Assembly: GCA_033762915.1 (NCBI GenBank) | Contig: JANRLD010000094.1 | Location: 1-64,000 of the forward strand | Reading direction: 5' to 3' | Source of the DNA: Meiothermus sp. | Lineage (GTDB): Bacteria > Deinococcota > Deinococci > Deinococcales > Thermaceae | Length of the DNA: 64,000 nucleotides | In this document: piece after piece, positions 40,842 through 53,130 of the stretch | Numbering within the stretch: position 1 is the stretch's first letter | Layout: each line of letters begins with the position of its first letter | Notes under the pieces: generated by a model | Seen by the model: the letters and a program-made list of their open reading frames with translations, nothing else | What the model was told of the DNA's origin: nothing | The model's database searches: none | Translations under genes and position numbers: made by a program

Positions 40842-41618
40842 TTAACGCACCCGGACGATGTCCATGCGGCCGGCCCCGCCGATCACCTCGAGGTCAACCC
40901 GATTTCTAGACCACTCAAAGCCCGGCGAGGTGTAGGTGGGTCGCACCCGGCCAAAGACCTCGATAATGCCGCTGGTCACCCGAACCACCCGCACCCGCAC
41001 CGCCAAGTTGCGCGGGACCCGAATCACCGAGCGGCCGCCCCCACCCGTCACCTTGGCCGAGACCACGCCGCTGTCGGGCAGGGTCAGGCTCAGGCGGCCG
41101 GTCTGCGCGTCCACCTCCAGGCGCACCACCTTCAAGCCGCGCAGGTTGATTTCCGAAGAGGAAATGGGGTTCTTGACGCTCAGGGTCAGCGGGACTTTGG
41201 GGCTGAGTTTGAGGCTCCACTGGGGCCACCTCAGGGCTTCGCGCAGGGCCGGAGGTCGCTGGGAAACCAGGCTGTACACCGCCGTGCTGCCCCGCACCTG
41301 GGCTTGCTCGTCCCGGCGCTCGAGGTCGAGGTTTTGCACGCTGCCCTCGAGCAGGTTCTCGTCGGAGGCTTGGCCCGCCAGGACCAGACGGGCGGTGCCC
41401 GGCGAGAGGGTCAGGGCTGCGCTCTGGGCGCTGCCCAGCGGGTATCGGACGGTCTCCGCTAAGCCCAGCTTGCTCCGCGACAAGGTGTTGTAGGCCCAGA
41501 AGGCCCCGACCAGCGGCACCGCCAAGGCCACGAGCAGCGCCACAGACCTGCTGGTCCAGGGCTGCCTCGAGGGCCCTGCGGCGGGCCGGGTCGGCGGATT
41601 GGGTGTATGGGTGGCCAT
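40842..41618 (-). CDS. membrane-anchored beta-rich hypothetical protein (LiaF/LiaG-like)
   Basis: Single TM then repeated beta-strand pattern (WSLKLSPKVPLTLSV, INLRGLKV, LSLTLP). Confidence 0.7.
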   Translation of the reverse strand: MATHTPNPPTRPAAGPSRQPWTSRSVALLVALAVPLVGAFWAYNTLSRSKLGLAETVRYPLGSAQSAALTLSPGTARLVLAGQASDENLLEGSVQNLDLERRDEQAQVRGSTAVYSLVSQRPPALREALRWPQWSLKLSPKVPLTLSVKNPISSSEINLRGLKVVRLEVDAQTGRLSLTLPDSGVVSAKVTGGGGRSVIRVPRNLAVRVRVVRVTSGIIEVFGRVRPTYTSPGFEWSRNRVDLEVIGGAGRMDIVRVR

Positions 41619-41776
41619 GGTCCCTCCTTTTTCACGCGACGGCTCGGCCGCATGGGTTGGCGAGCCGGACGCTCAGACCCCGAACGCCCTCGCCCCCGCA
41701 AGCCGTCCGCCCTCAGCGCGGCCCACAGCCGGCCCCCTCAACATGAGGGACGCTTCGTGGCTCCATTTGCGCCCCA

Positions 41777-42910
41777 TCACCAGCGCTCGAGGCCCGCCAG
41801 CCCGCCCAGCCGCTCCACCAGGCGGGTCTCGGCCTGGCCGCGCACAAACTCGAGGCGGGTGGCGTAGCGCTGGCACAGCTCGGGCAGCACCCGGCGCAGC
41901 TCCACATCCTGGATGCGCCCCGCGCCGTGGGCGATCGCGCCCTCGGTGCTACCGCCCACCCAGTCGTCTGGCGCGCGGTAGGCTTGGCCTTGCAGGTTCC
42001 AGGGGGCCACCACTAGCCGCAGGCGGCCCTGCTGGAGCAGCTCGAGGGTCTGATCCAAGCCCCCCACCCCACGCTCGATCAGCCCGTCCACCAGCTCGCT
42101 TTCGCGCTGGCGCTCGAGCGGCTCGAGGGCGGCCTCGACCCGCCTCAACACCTCGTCGGCGTGGCTGGAGGGGGTGGTGAGGGCGGGCAGCACCGTCCAG
42201 ACCTTTTCGCGCAGGCGGCGCGGCAGCAAGGTCTCGAGGGTCTGCACCTCAGAGGGCTGGCCCATCAGCACCAGCCGCTGGATCTCGCGCCCGTGCAGCA
42301 GGCCCTCGAGCTGGCCCACCATCTGCTTATAAAAGCGGTAGGTCCAGGCCTCGAGGCGGCGCTCGAAGTGATCGGAGTCGGCCCCCCCGCCCAGGGTCAT
42401 GCCCTGGCTGTAGCGCCGCCCCAGGCCGTCCTGGCGCAGCTGCCGCCACTCGCCGGGGTCGACGGGCCGGAAGGCGCCGGACAGTTCCTCGATTTCACCC
42501 AGGAACACCTCGAACATCCGCCACTTCTCGCTGTCCAGGAAGACCACCCCCACCCGCGGGTATTCTTCCAACAGGTAAAGCAGCGGGGTCAGGTAGGGCT
42601 CGCCCCAGCGGGCCTCCACGCCCTGCACCAGGGGCAGCTCGGCCTGCAAATCGTAGATCTCCATCAGCCCCTGGCCCGCAAAGACGATCCGGCTGCGGCC
42701 CTGCGGGGGGGCGGCCTCGAGGGCGCTCAGCAGGCTGCGGGCGAGGGGCCGGGGCACCTCGAGGGCCTTGAGCGCCTCCTTGACCCGCAGCGCATAGGCT
42801 TTGCCTTGGTTGGCGGGCCGGGCGGCGGTGTCCAGGTAGAGTGAGAAGACGGGAGAGGCCCGAGGGACCACAAACTCGCGGACATGACGGGTCGCGGCTT
42901 GGGTGAGCAT
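41777..42910 (-). CDS. bacterial aeRF1-like release-factor family protein (baeRF/VLRF1-like)
   Basis: VFSLYLD, WGEPYLTPL, RMFEVFLGEIEE, terminal GGLAGLERW. Confidence 0.8.
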   Translation of the reverse strand: MLTQAATRHVREFVVPRASPVFSLYLDTAARPANQGKAYALRVKEALKALEVPRPLARSLLSALEAAPPQGRSRIVFAGQGLMEIYDLQAELPLVQGVEARWGEPYLTPLLYLLEEYPRVGVVFLDSEKWRMFEVFLGEIEELSGAFRPVDPGEWRQLRQDGLGRRYSQGMTLGGGADSDHFERRLEAWTYRFYKQMVGQLEGLLHGREIQRLVLMGQPSEVQTLETLLPRRLREKVWTVLPALTTPSSHADEVLRRVEAALEPLERQRESELVDGLIERGVGGLDQTLELLQQGRLRLVVAPWNLQGQAYRAPDDWVGGSTEGAIAHGAGRIQDVELRRVLPELCQRYATRLEFVRGQAETRLVERLGGLAGLERW

Positions 42911-43036
42911 ACACACCTCCAACCCCCATTGAACCCGCGAGGCGTTACCCCGGCATTACCAAGTTGCGCGACTGTGCAACTGCCCAACGGCAGGGGCGGC
43001 CAGCCCAGAGGCGATGGATTGTCGTAGACTCTCGGC

Positions 43037-43519
43037 ATGGACAAAGCCAAAGACCTGGGGCGCGTCGCCCTCCAGGAGCGCCGTCTGCGCTTCGCCAGCT
43101 TCGACCACGCCACGGCCTGGGCGATCGGCTCGAGGCTGCGCCAGCTGGCCCACGAGCGCGGCCTGAGCGTCGCCATCGAGGTCCGACTCCACCACCAGCC
43201 GCTGTTCTTCGCCGCCCTGCCCGGAACCACCGCCGACAACGCCGACTGGCTGCGGCGCAAGCACAACGCCGTGGTCCGCTTCGAGCGCAGCTCGTACGCG
43301 CTGGGGCTGGACATCGGGGAGGAGCGGCTCGAGCAGACCTGGGGCCTGGGCCGACGGGACTACGCCCTGCACGGCGGCTGCTTCCCGGTCTTCGTGGGCG
43401 AAACGTGCGTGGGGACGGTCGGGGTCTCGGGGCTGCCGCAGCGCGAGGATCACAAGCTGGTAGTGGAGGTGTTGGCCGAGCACCTGGGGGTGGGGCTGGA
43501 GGAGGTCGGTCTGGACTGA
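43037..43519 (+). CDS. heme-degrading/GlcG-like (UPF0303) protein
   Basis: FDHATAWAIG, WLRRKHN, HGGCFP, VSGLPQREDH. Confidence 0.88.
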   Translation: MDKAKDLGRVALQERRLRFASFDHATAWAIGSRLRQLAHERGLSVAIEVRLHHQPLFFAALPGTTADNADWLRRKHNAVVRFERSSYALGLDIGEERLEQTWGLGRRDYALHGGCFPVFVGETCVGTVGVSGLPQREDHKLVVEVLAEHLGVGLEEVGLD

Positions 43520-43637
43520 ACCCGCGCCCGGGAGAGCCTTTTGGGCTCCCGGGCGGAGTGCCTTTTGGCGGAGACCGGCCAAGCAAACAGCCCCTCGATT
43601 CTTCACCGAGGGGCTGTCCTCTTCGTTCCACCCTCCG

Positions 43638-46319
43638 CTACGCCTTCTCCAACACCTCCCGCTGCTTCTCGATCTGCATCAGGATGCGCGAGAGGAGGTT
43701 CTTGTCGGCCAGCACCACCAGGCCCTTGGTGCCCAGCGGCAGCAGCACCACCACCAGGCTGGTCAGGGAGATCACCGAGAGCTGCGGGGTGCCGCTCTTC
43801 ATCTCGCTGGCGAGGTGGATCAGGTCGTCGAAGACCGACTGGGCCATGCGGCTCTTAATGGGGAGGTTGCCCCACAGCAGGTTGCCGCCCTCTATCAGCG
43901 CCACGGCCTCCACGCCCCGGAACTGGAAGCTGGCCAGGGCCTCGGTTAGCTCGGCGGGCAGGGCCGCGTTGACCACCTGCACCGGCCTGGGGGCCTCCTG
44001 CAGGGCGGGCGTGGCCACCACCGAGGGGCTGTCGAACACGTCCAGCAGGGAGTCCAGGTCGGCCCCCTTGAGCTGCTTCATCACCGTCTGGGCAGCCTTA
44101 AACTCGCCCTCGAGTACCGCCTCGATGCGCTCGGCATCCTCCAGGGCGCGGCGCACCTCGAGGAGGCCGCTGGCCCCCAGCCGGTCCAGGCGCTGCGAGG
44201 CCGACTGCAGGAAGTCGCACATCGGCTTTAGGCGCAGCACGGTCTCGCCGCCCACGCTCTTGTGGGCCTCGTAGGCCTCCACTAGGGCGCTGATGCGGCC
44301 CCCCAGCTCGGCGCGTAGCGCCTCCTGGGCGCGGCGCAGGCGGGCCAGTTGGCCCTGAATCTCCTCGAGGTCGGGGAAGCGTCCGGCCTGAAGCTCGGCA
44401 CGGGCGGCGGCGACTTTCTGCTCGAGGTCTTCCCCGCCCAGGCCCTTCATGCTCCTGGCGGTCATCTCGTAGCGGGTGAGCTCCTCGGCCATGCTGCTGC
44501 GGCGGTTAACGATCACCTCTTGCAGGCCGCGCTCGAGGCCGCTGGTGTCGACGAAGCGGCCCTGGGCCAGGCTCTCGCGCACGCCCTGGAGCTGGGCGCG
44601 GGGGCCGTCCAGCCGCTCGCGCAGGGCACCCTCGAGGGCGGTGAGCTGGGCCTCGAAGGCGGAGAGCTTCTGGGCCACGATCTGCCTGGAATGGGCCAGC
44701 AGCGAGGCGATGGCCGACTCGATCTCGCCGATGGGGGTGTGCTCGAGGCGGCCCAGCAGGGCGGCCTTGTGCGGCTCGAGGCCCTCCAGCGAGGGGATGG
44801 CCTGCACGGCGGCCCGCAGCCCCACCCGCCGCAGGCTCTCCTCCTCGCGCTCGCGGGTCAGTTGGGCCAGCAACTCCGAGAGGCCCTGCTGGGCCCGCCC
44901 GATGGCCTCCTCGGTGGGGGGCAGGTCGGCCAGCGTGACCAGGAACATCTCGACGTCAAAGTTGTCGGTGAAGGAGGCCAGGCTGGCCTCCGCGTCCTGC
45001 CGCACGGTGGCGAGTTGGGCGCTCAGGCGGGCGGTGCGCTCCTGCGCCTCACGCTGGGTGCGTTCGTCGGCCTCAAGGGCCTCCAGGCCGCGCTCGAGCT
45101 CGCCGAGCTCGGTGGGGAGGCCGCCCCCTTGCAGGGTCTCCCCCACCACCCGCAGCTTGGCAGCCAGGCCGCCAGACTTTGCGCGGGCCAGATCGAGCTT
45201 CTGCAGCCGGGCCAGCAGGGCGTCGTAGCGGGTCTTGCTCTGGGCCAAGCGCTCGGAGTACAGGTTCTTAAACTGCTCCTCGAGGGCCGCGATGCGCTCG
45301 CCCACCGGGTTGCCCTTGCCCAGTTCGGCCAGCAGGGCGTTGCTCTCATCAACCACCTTGGGGTGCGAGACCAGCATGGCGTAGCGGTCGAGCAGGGCCT
45401 CGAGGCGGCGCTGATCCTCGGCCACGTCGATCTCGCGGATGCGGGTCTGCTGCTCGGCGGAGAGGCTCTCGAAGTCGAGCTCTACCACCAGCTCGGTGTC
45501 GTCCCAGGTGGGGTCGCGCCCAGCCTGCACCACGTCGTCCTCGACGGTTATGGCCATCTCGCCGGTGGGGTTCTGCACCACGCTCGACTCCACCAGCTTG
45601 CGCATCTCGGCGGCCAGCAGCCGCGCCCGCTCGACCTCGGCCTGGGCCAGGGTCTCCTGGCCGTGGGCCTCCTGGATGGCCTTAATGTAGTTGTCCAGGC
45701 GGCGCACCTTGGGGCCGCCCACGCTCTGCACACGCTCGAGGGCGGCGTGAAGCTCCGAGATGTCGCGGGTCTGGCGCAGCAGGGCGGCCTGGAGCTTGTC
45801 CTCTAGCTGGGAAAGCACCTCCTGACCCTCGCGCACCAAGGCCCGCACGGTAGAAGCCTCGGGGTCCTGGCGGATCACCCCGATCAGGCTGCGCAGGCGG
45901 CCTACCTCTGGCCAGTCCAGGTACATGCTAAAGCGCTTGAAACCCGCCTCGAGGTCTTGCAGCGCGTTCTGGGTCTGGGCCTCGGCCTGGGCCTCGGCGG
46001 CCTTGGCGGCGGCCGGAGCGTTGCTGCCCGACCCCAGATCGCGCAGCAGCTCCTCGATGCGGCTGCGGGCGGCCGCCGGGGACATCTTGGACTGCAACTC
46101 CCGGTAGACCAGACGCTTAAGGATCACCTCGGCCTGGGCCGCGTCGAGCTGGTCGGGGTTGATGCCCAGCCGCCGGACGCCCTCCTCGAGGATCATCGAG
46201 GTGCGGTCGCCCAGCACGGGCACCAGGGATTGGTTTAGGTTCTGATAGAGCGACAACCGCTGACCTCCGTCGGGAATGCGTCCCGGTGATATTGACGCCA
46301 CTTCTCCAAGGCGCTTCAC
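43638..46319 (-). CDS. large coiled-coil protein with possible C-terminal roadblock-like domain
   Basis: 893-aa helical ORF with host codon bias; tail GVEAVALIEGG...VVVLLPLGTKGLVVLA. Confidence 0.8.
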   Translation of the reverse strand: MKRLGEVASISPGRIPDGGQRLSLYQNLNQSLVPVLGDRTSMILEEGVRRLGINPDQLDAAQAEVILKRLVYRELQSKMSPAAARSRIEELLRDLGSGSNAPAAAKAAEAQAEAQTQNALQDLEAGFKRFSMYLDWPEVGRLRSLIGVIRQDPEASTVRALVREGQEVLSQLEDKLQAALLRQTRDISELHAALERVQSVGGPKVRRLDNYIKAIQEAHGQETLAQAEVERARLLAAEMRKLVESSVVQNPTGEMAITVEDDVVQAGRDPTWDDTELVVELDFESLSAEQQTRIREIDVAEDQRRLEALLDRYAMLVSHPKVVDESNALLAELGKGNPVGERIAALEEQFKNLYSERLAQSKTRYDALLARLQKLDLARAKSGGLAAKLRVVGETLQGGGLPTELGELERGLEALEADERTQREAQERTARLSAQLATVRQDAEASLASFTDNFDVEMFLVTLADLPPTEEAIGRAQQGLSELLAQLTREREEESLRRVGLRAAVQAIPSLEGLEPHKAALLGRLEHTPIGEIESAIASLLAHSRQIVAQKLSAFEAQLTALEGALRERLDGPRAQLQGVRESLAQGRFVDTSGLERGLQEVIVNRRSSMAEELTRYEMTARSMKGLGGEDLEQKVAAARAELQAGRFPDLEEIQGQLARLRRAQEALRAELGGRISALVEAYEAHKSVGGETVLRLKPMCDFLQSASQRLDRLGASGLLEVRRALEDAERIEAVLEGEFKAAQTVMKQLKGADLDSLLDVFDSPSVVATPALQEAPRPVQVVNAALPAELTEALASFQFRGVEAVALIEGGNLLWGNLPIKSRMAQSVFDDLIHLASEMKSGTPQLSVISLTSLVVVLLPLGTKGLVVLADKNLLSRILMQIEKQREVLEKA

Positions 46320-46552
46320 CTTTGAGGTCAGTGTAGCCCAGACCCGCCCCGGGTTATGGTCAAAAAAACACCAGCCACGTGCCTGTTGCGTGGGTTAGTT
46401 AACGCTAGGTTTTTATGAGAGCATCATGCACCGGCCGGGGCCTGCTTGCCTTCTTCTTCGGCCCGCACATCTGCCCTAAGCCCGGGGCATGGGCGGACTT
46501 GCCAAAACCAGCCCGAGCGTCGCGCCGCTGGACCTGCTGCCGTGGCTAAGCC

Positions 46553-46587
46553 GCCAGGGCGGGGGTCACATCGACCCCCGCCCTGGC
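46553..46587. terminator. perfect 15-bp stem hairpin after the nuclease gene
   Basis: GCCAGGGCGGGGGTC / GACCCCCGCCCTGGC. Confidence 0.7.
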
Positions 46588-46611
46588 AGAACAGTTGGGC
46601 GCGGCTCGAGG

Positions 46612-49600
46612 CTACCGGACGAAGTTGAAGTTGGCCCGGTAGGTGGTGCCGTCGGTGTAGCGCACCACCAGCTGGCGGCAGGTGCCCGCCCAGCTCCGGT
46701 CGGTCTTCCAGACGTAGGTGTAGAGGCCGCTGGCAGGGTCGTAGCTGAGACCGCTGTTGCTGGCGGTCGGGTCGGTACCGTTAACCGGGGCGGTGGAGCC
46801 GCAGGGGACGGTCTGCGACTTGGGGAAGCCCGGCGCGAAGACGTTCAGGCCCTTATTGCCGCCCAGGCTGAACTTAACCGGGATGGACTGGCCGGAGTTG
46901 GCGGTGTTGAAGGCCGGGAAGTTAGCCACCGGGCTGCGGAACCAAGCCACGGCATTCAGGTTAAGGCCCACCAGCACCGGGTCGTGGTCGGAGACGCGGA
47001 ACTGGTCGGGGGCGTAGAGGGAGCTGATCAGGTTGGGGGTCTTGAAGTCGGTGTTGTAGTCGAGCACGCCGGGCTCGTCGGCATTGATGTGGTAGTCGGC
47101 CACGCCACTCACCTGGGCGTTGAGGGCGCTCGAGGCCAGCGCGTGGTCGAGGTAGCCCCACTGCCCGTCGAACACGTAAGAGTAGGCGTCCGGCCCCAGG
47201 CGGCCCTCGATCAGGTTGACGAAGCCCGCGCTCTGGAAGGCGATGATGGGGTCTTCCTTGGCGTAGGAGTTGTAGTCGCCGATCAGCAGCACGTCCGGGT
47301 CGACGATTCCGGTGGGATTGGTGTTTAGCCAGGTCATCAGCAGAATGGAGGCGATGGTGCGCACGGTGTTGCAGTTGCCCTGGCCGTCGCCCGCGTCGGG
47401 GGCGTCGCAGGCCGAGCCCTTGCTCTTGAGGTGGTTGACGTTGACCACAAAGGTCGCGCCATTGGCGTTCTGCTGGAAGGCCTGGGCCAGCGAGGCCCGG
47501 TTGCGCGGGGCGCTGTCGCCGCCGTTGACAAAGGCCGCCTCGTTTAGCACCGCGGTCTGGCCAACCGGCAAGACGCTGGCGGGCTTGTAGATCAGGCCCA
47601 CCTTGATGGCGTCGGTGCCTAGTGCATTGACCTGCCCGGTGGCAGCGTCGGCGTCGATGAAGGCGTAGGTTCCGGGCGCGGTGGCGTCGTTGAGCCTGTC
47701 CACCAGGAAGGCGATGGCGCTGCTGGGGCCGTAGCCGTCGTTCTCGAGCTCGTTGAAGCCCAGCACATCGGGGTTCATGGCCAGGATGGCGGCCACCGTC
47801 TTGGGCCACTGGCGGTCGAACTCGGCCTGGGAGTTGGCCCCCCGGCAGTCGCCGTCGTTGCCGCTGGGGAAGCATCCGGGGGTGCTGGAGTTGCCGTCGG
47901 CAAAGGTGTTGAAGAAATTGAGCAGGTTCATCCCCACCACCTTGAGGCTGCCGCCCACGGGCGGAACTGAGGTGGGGCGGGGGTTGGCGGCCTGGAAGTT
48001 GACCGAGCCGCCCAGTGCATTAATCGGGCGCACCCGGAAGGCGTTGGGGCTGGCGTTGTTGCCGGCCCAGGTGTAGGTCATCACGCCCACGATGCCTGTG
48101 GCGGTGTCGCCGCCGCGCAGGGTGTTGGAGGCCGAGAGGGGCTGGCCACCGCGCCCGAACAGGATGGGGTCGGGGTTCTGGTTTTGCTGGGCGTCGTCGA
48201 GGATGATGCGGTTGAGGTTGTTCTGGGCCTGCAGGGCGTTGGCCGCAGCGCCGGGGGTGGTGACGTTGGTGGGTTGCGCGAGCCTCCCCCCGGACGACAG
48301 CACCACCTGCCCGAAGCGCCCGAGCTGGAAGTGCTCGGTCACGTAGAGGGTCTGGGGCAAGCGCACCAGCATGCCCTCAAAGCGCTCCGCGTCGGTCGGA
48401 GAGGCGAAGGGGAGGGTCACGTCGGTCGGGGCAACGGTGCCGGTGCCGCACTTGACCACCGAGGTCGCGCTGATCTGGGTCTGGAACTGGAACTCACTCA
48501 CGCTGCCCGACACCCGCACCACGTCGCCCAGGGCCACGCTGTCGTTGTTGTTGTTGTTGAACACGAAGATTGCATCGGAGGTGGCGGGGTCGTTGTCGCC
48601 CGTGGCATCTTGGAGGTAGAAGCCGCGCAGGGTCGAGGAGGGGCCTTCGTAGTCGCCCACCACCACGCCCTTGGTGGTGCGGGTGCCGGTGAGGGCGGCG
48701 CTAGCCCCGCTGCCCTGGATGGCGTAGGCGGGCGTGAAGGGCAGCAGGCAGACGTCCACCACGGTGAAGCTCGAGGCGAAATCCGCCGCCATGGTGTCGG
48801 GCGGGTCGAGGCTATCCTGGTCGGAAACCTGATCCTTTTTCACCGTGAAGGTGCAGCTATCCCCGTCCACGAAGTCGGTGTCGGGGTTCAGGGTGAAACT
48901 GGTGGGGCCGCCCGAGACGGCCACAGTCTTGGCCCCGCTGACCGAGCAGTTCAGGGTGAAGGAGGCCGTGCCCGCGCTCACCGGCTCGCTAAAAGTGACG
49001 GTCAGGTTAGCGGACGGAGCCACGTCGGGCGTGTTGTTGGCGGGGACGACGCTGCTGACCGCCGGGGCCGATTCCCCGCAGAAGTTGCGGGTAGAGGCGG
49101 TGTTGCGCGGACTGGGTGTTCCTGTCTCGAAGTCGGAGGCGTTATTGTCGGTCTCAGTACAACCGCCCACCTTGCGGAAGGCCGCGACGGTGGCAGACAG
49201 GATCGGTGCCGCACCTGCGCCCTCAAAGAAGTTTGCACCGGAAGTCCCCCCGTACCCAACGAGGTCAACCATCTGTGCGAGTTGTGCAGTGGAGCAGGGA
49301 GTCGATCCGCCGTTACACGCTAGGCCGGTGGCGGTATTTGCAAGAATAAACTTGCCCGCCGTTCCGCTTGCGTTGATGGCTCCGGTGACGTCGGCAGCAG
49401 GAAGCACGGCACCATTGACACCCCCCGAAAGCTGAACCAAATAGTACTGACCAGGTTCCAAGTTACCCGTCAGGGCCACAACCGGGTTCGAGGAAAAGTT
49501 TCCGGTTCCGGTTGCACTGGCATACTGTATAGACCACCCGGTCAAGCTGACCGCACTCGAGCCCCGATTGAACAGCTCGACATAGTCGTTCCTCAGCACG

Positions 49601-49767
49601 GCACCCGAGTTACCTCCCGCGCCATAGACCTGACTGATCACCACGCCGTCGGAAGCAACCTGTGCCTTCACTCCCTCGGCCTGCTGCTGGGGCGGCGGGG
49701 TCTGCACACACGCGGCCAGCAGCGCTAACACCACACCCAAACCGACACGACCTAACGATAACTTCAT
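46612..49767 (-). CDS. ExeM/NucH-family extracellular endonuclease lipoprotein (lamin-tail, Ig-like, OB, EEP, PxKF domains)
   Basis: LAAC; VVISQVYGAGGN; GFYLQD; NLLNFFN; NHLKSKG; GDYNSY; SDHDPV; IPVKFSL. Confidence 0.92.
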   Translation of the reverse strand: MKLSLGRVGLGVVLALLAACVQTPPPQQQAEGVKAQVASDGVVISQVYGAGGNSGAVLRNDYVELFNRGSSAVSLTGWSIQYASATGTGNFSSNPVVALTGNLEPGQYYLVQLSGGVNGAVLPAADVTGAINASGTAGKFILANTATGLACNGGSTPCSTAQLAQMVDLVGYGGTSGANFFEGAGAAPILSATVAAFRKVGGCTETDNNASDFETGTPSPRNTASTRNFCGESAPAVSSVVPANNTPDVAPSANLTVTFSEPVSAGTASFTLNCSVSGAKTVAVSGGPTSFTLNPDTDFVDGDSCTFTVKKDQVSDQDSLDPPDTMAADFASSFTVVDVCLLPFTPAYAIQGSGASAALTGTRTTKGVVVGDYEGPSSTLRGFYLQDATGDNDPATSDAIFVFNNNNNDSVALGDVVRVSGSVSEFQFQTQISATSVVKCGTGTVAPTDVTLPFASPTDAERFEGMLVRLPQTLYVTEHFQLGRFGQVVLSSGGRLAQPTNVTTPGAAANALQAQNNLNRIILDDAQQNQNPDPILFGRGGQPLSASNTLRGGDTATGIVGVMTYTWAGNNASPNAFRVRPINALGGSVNFQAANPRPTSVPPVGGSLKVVGMNLLNFFNTFADGNSSTPGCFPSGNDGDCRGANSQAEFDRQWPKTVAAILAMNPDVLGFNELENDGYGPSSAIAFLVDRLNDATAPGTYAFIDADAATGQVNALGTDAIKVGLIYKPASVLPVGQTAVLNEAAFVNGGDSAPRNRASLAQAFQQNANGATFVVNVNHLKSKGSACDAPDAGDGQGNCNTVRTIASILLMTWLNTNPTGIVDPDVLLIGDYNSYAKEDPIIAFQSAGFVNLIEGRLGPDAYSYVFDGQWGYLDHALASSALNAQVSGVADYHINADEPGVLDYNTDFKTPNLISSLYAPDQFRVSDHDPVLVGLNLNAVAWFRSPVANFPAFNTANSGQSIPVKFSLGGNKGLNVFAPGFPKSQTVPCGSTAPVNGTDPTASNSGLSYDPASGLYTYVWKTDRSWAGTCRQLVVRYTDGTTYRANFNFVR

Positions 49768-49974
49768 AGACCCTCCTCCGGGCGACTTATATCAACCAGC
49801 CTTCATGGAAGCTTATGCCCCCTGCCCAGGGCTCGAGTTGTCCTGGATAGACTAACCCACCGATGCGTATCGACTCAGCATTACGGATGCGTTACTTTTC
49901 CGATCCAGAAAACTAAAACACCACCAAAGCCGAGCCCTCTGGGAGCGCGGCCCGGCACGAGGCCCCTCGCGGGC

Positions 49975-50928
49975 TCAGGTCGTCGCCAGATCGACTCCCT
50001 TGTGGCGGTACATCTGTGTGTCGGCGTTTTTCAGGAGCCCCTCGAGGTCGCGGCCGTCCTCGGGAAAGCGCACCACCCCCAGGCTGAGCTGCACACTCAG
50101 GCGGCCCGCCGAGGTCTCCACGCCGGGGGCGAAGAGCCCCTCGAGGCGGTGCGTCAGGGCCTCGTGATGGCCCCGGACGGCCAGCACGAACTCGTCGCCG
50201 CCGTAGCGAATGACCAGGTCGCTGGCCCGCAGGTTGGCGCGGCAGACGCCGACTACCCAGGCCAGCACCTCGTCGCCCACCGCGTGGCCGTGGGTGTCGT
50301 TAATCTGCTTGAAGTGCTTGATGTCTACAAAGACCAGGCTGAAGGGCTGGCCCTGGGTGACCCAGGCCTCGAGGGTCTCGAGGCCGCCCCGGCGGTTGAG
50401 CGCCCGGGTCAGGGGGTCGGTGGCGGCGTAGAGGTTGAGCCTCGAAAGGGGGCGCATCAGCACCGCCGCCACCAGCCCCAGGCTGAGGCTGTGCATGAAG
50501 GCCAGACTCCAAGTCGGGGCGAACCCCAACTCGACGGACAGGGCGCAGCCCAGCCACAAGGCCAGCACGTGGCTCGAGACCAGAATCAGCGCGGCCCGGG
50601 GTGTGTTGAAGTAGATCAGCACCGACACCATCGAGACATACGGCACTACCACCAGAGGCCCCGCCGCCCCGCCGGTGGCCCCCAGCAGCAGGACGAAGAT
50701 CAGGCGGTTGGTCAGGAAGTTAGCGGCGGGCAGCCAGCCCCAGCGCCGCGGTATCCCCGCCACGGTGACCAGCGTCTGCAGCGCGATGATGGCCAGCACG
50801 GCGTAGACCGGGCCGGGTACCAACCTGAACAGGTCGAAGACCAGCATGGCCACCAGCAGCGGGACGTAGAGCAAACGGATCCACAGACCCTGCCACTCTT
50901 CTTGCCAGTTAACAAAGCCTCCTGGCAT
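49975..50928 (-). CDS. membrane-bound diguanylate cyclase
   Basis: DPLT..NRR, FKQINDTHGH, RASD I-site, RYGGDEF; start approximate. Confidence 0.9.
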   Translation of the reverse strand: MPGGFVNWQEEWQGLWIRLLYVPLLVAMLVFDLFRLVPGPVYAVLAIIALQTLVTVAGIPRRWGWLPAANFLTNRLIFVLLLGATGGAAGPLVVVPYVSMVSVLIYFNTPRAALILVSSHVLALWLGCALSVELGFAPTWSLAFMHSLSLGLVAAVLMRPLSRLNLYAATDPLTRALNRRGGLETLEAWVTQGQPFSLVFVDIKHFKQINDTHGHAVGDEVLAWVVGVCRANLRASDLVIRYGGDEFVLAVRGHHEALTHRLEGLFAPGVETSAGRLSVQLSLGVVRFPEDGRDLEGLLKNADTQMYRHKGVDLATT

Positions 50929-51095
50929 ACCATTAATGAGCCTAACAGGCCGAGGGGCCGGCCCGGGGCTAAATGACCCAGCAGGGCTTAAGGTTTGGCC
51001 ATCGTGCCGCGCTCCCAAGTGTCCCTGGAGCCCTCCGATAGAATATCGGGGCCGCGAGCAGCCCCAACGGGCGGGCTCGGAACCGAGGTAACGCC

Positions 51096-52490
<1,395 letters not shown>

Positions 52491-52509
52491 GCGGGTGGCG
52501 AAAGGGGCT

Positions 52510-53130
52510 CTACTCGCCCAGGCCCAGCGCTTTGTGTACTGCCGGGTAATCCGACAGGTCTACGTGACGTAGCTGGGGGGCTAACTGACGGGCGCGGTTG
52601 AAGCTCGAGCCCCCCAGACTGATGGGATTGCCCTGCTGGGTGCTGAAGACCAGAATCACCTTGGTGTCGGTTATGTTGACCGGGGCTCCGGAACCCGACC
52701 GGAGTCGACCCGACAGAGCGATCTGCTTCCTGACGGCAGCCGTTCCGCTCTCTTGCTGAAAGGTTAGGTCCGAATCGCTGAGGTAGGTAGGCAGCGCCCA
52801 CCAGCGATTGGAGTTAAAGTCTTGTACGTAGATGAGGATGGCTCCAGCAGTGAATAACGAGTTGGCCTCGTCGTCGGTAATGGGCAGGGTCAGCCGGATG
52901 GTGTGGGTGTAACCGAGGGCTGTGCCGGGTGTGGTCCACTTGCCCGACAAACTGGTGAATCGGTAGGTCTTCACGTTGGCGTTGCCAATGGGGCCTTGGG
53001 GGCCGCTCGGGCCGGCGGGTCCTGTTTCACCTGCCGGGCCTTGGGGGCCTTGAGGGCCGGCCGTGCCGGTACAAGCGGTCAGCAGCGCGAGGCCGGCGAG
53101 TAGCACGATGGGGGTAAGCCGTGTCTTCAT
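52510..53130 (-). CDS. collagen-like lipoprotein
   Basis: Lipobox LTAC followed by nine Gly-X-Y triplets. Confidence 0.8.
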   Translation of the reverse strand: MKTRLTPIVLLAGLALLTACTGTAGPQGPQGPAGETGPAGPSGPQGPIGNANVKTYRFTSLSGKWTTPGTALGYTHTIRLTLPITDDEANSLFTAGAILIYVQDFNSNRWWALPTYLSDSDLTFQQESGTAAVRKQIALSGRLRSGSGAPVNITDTKVILVFSTQQGNPISLGGSSFNRARQLAPQLRHVDLSDYPAVHKALGLGE

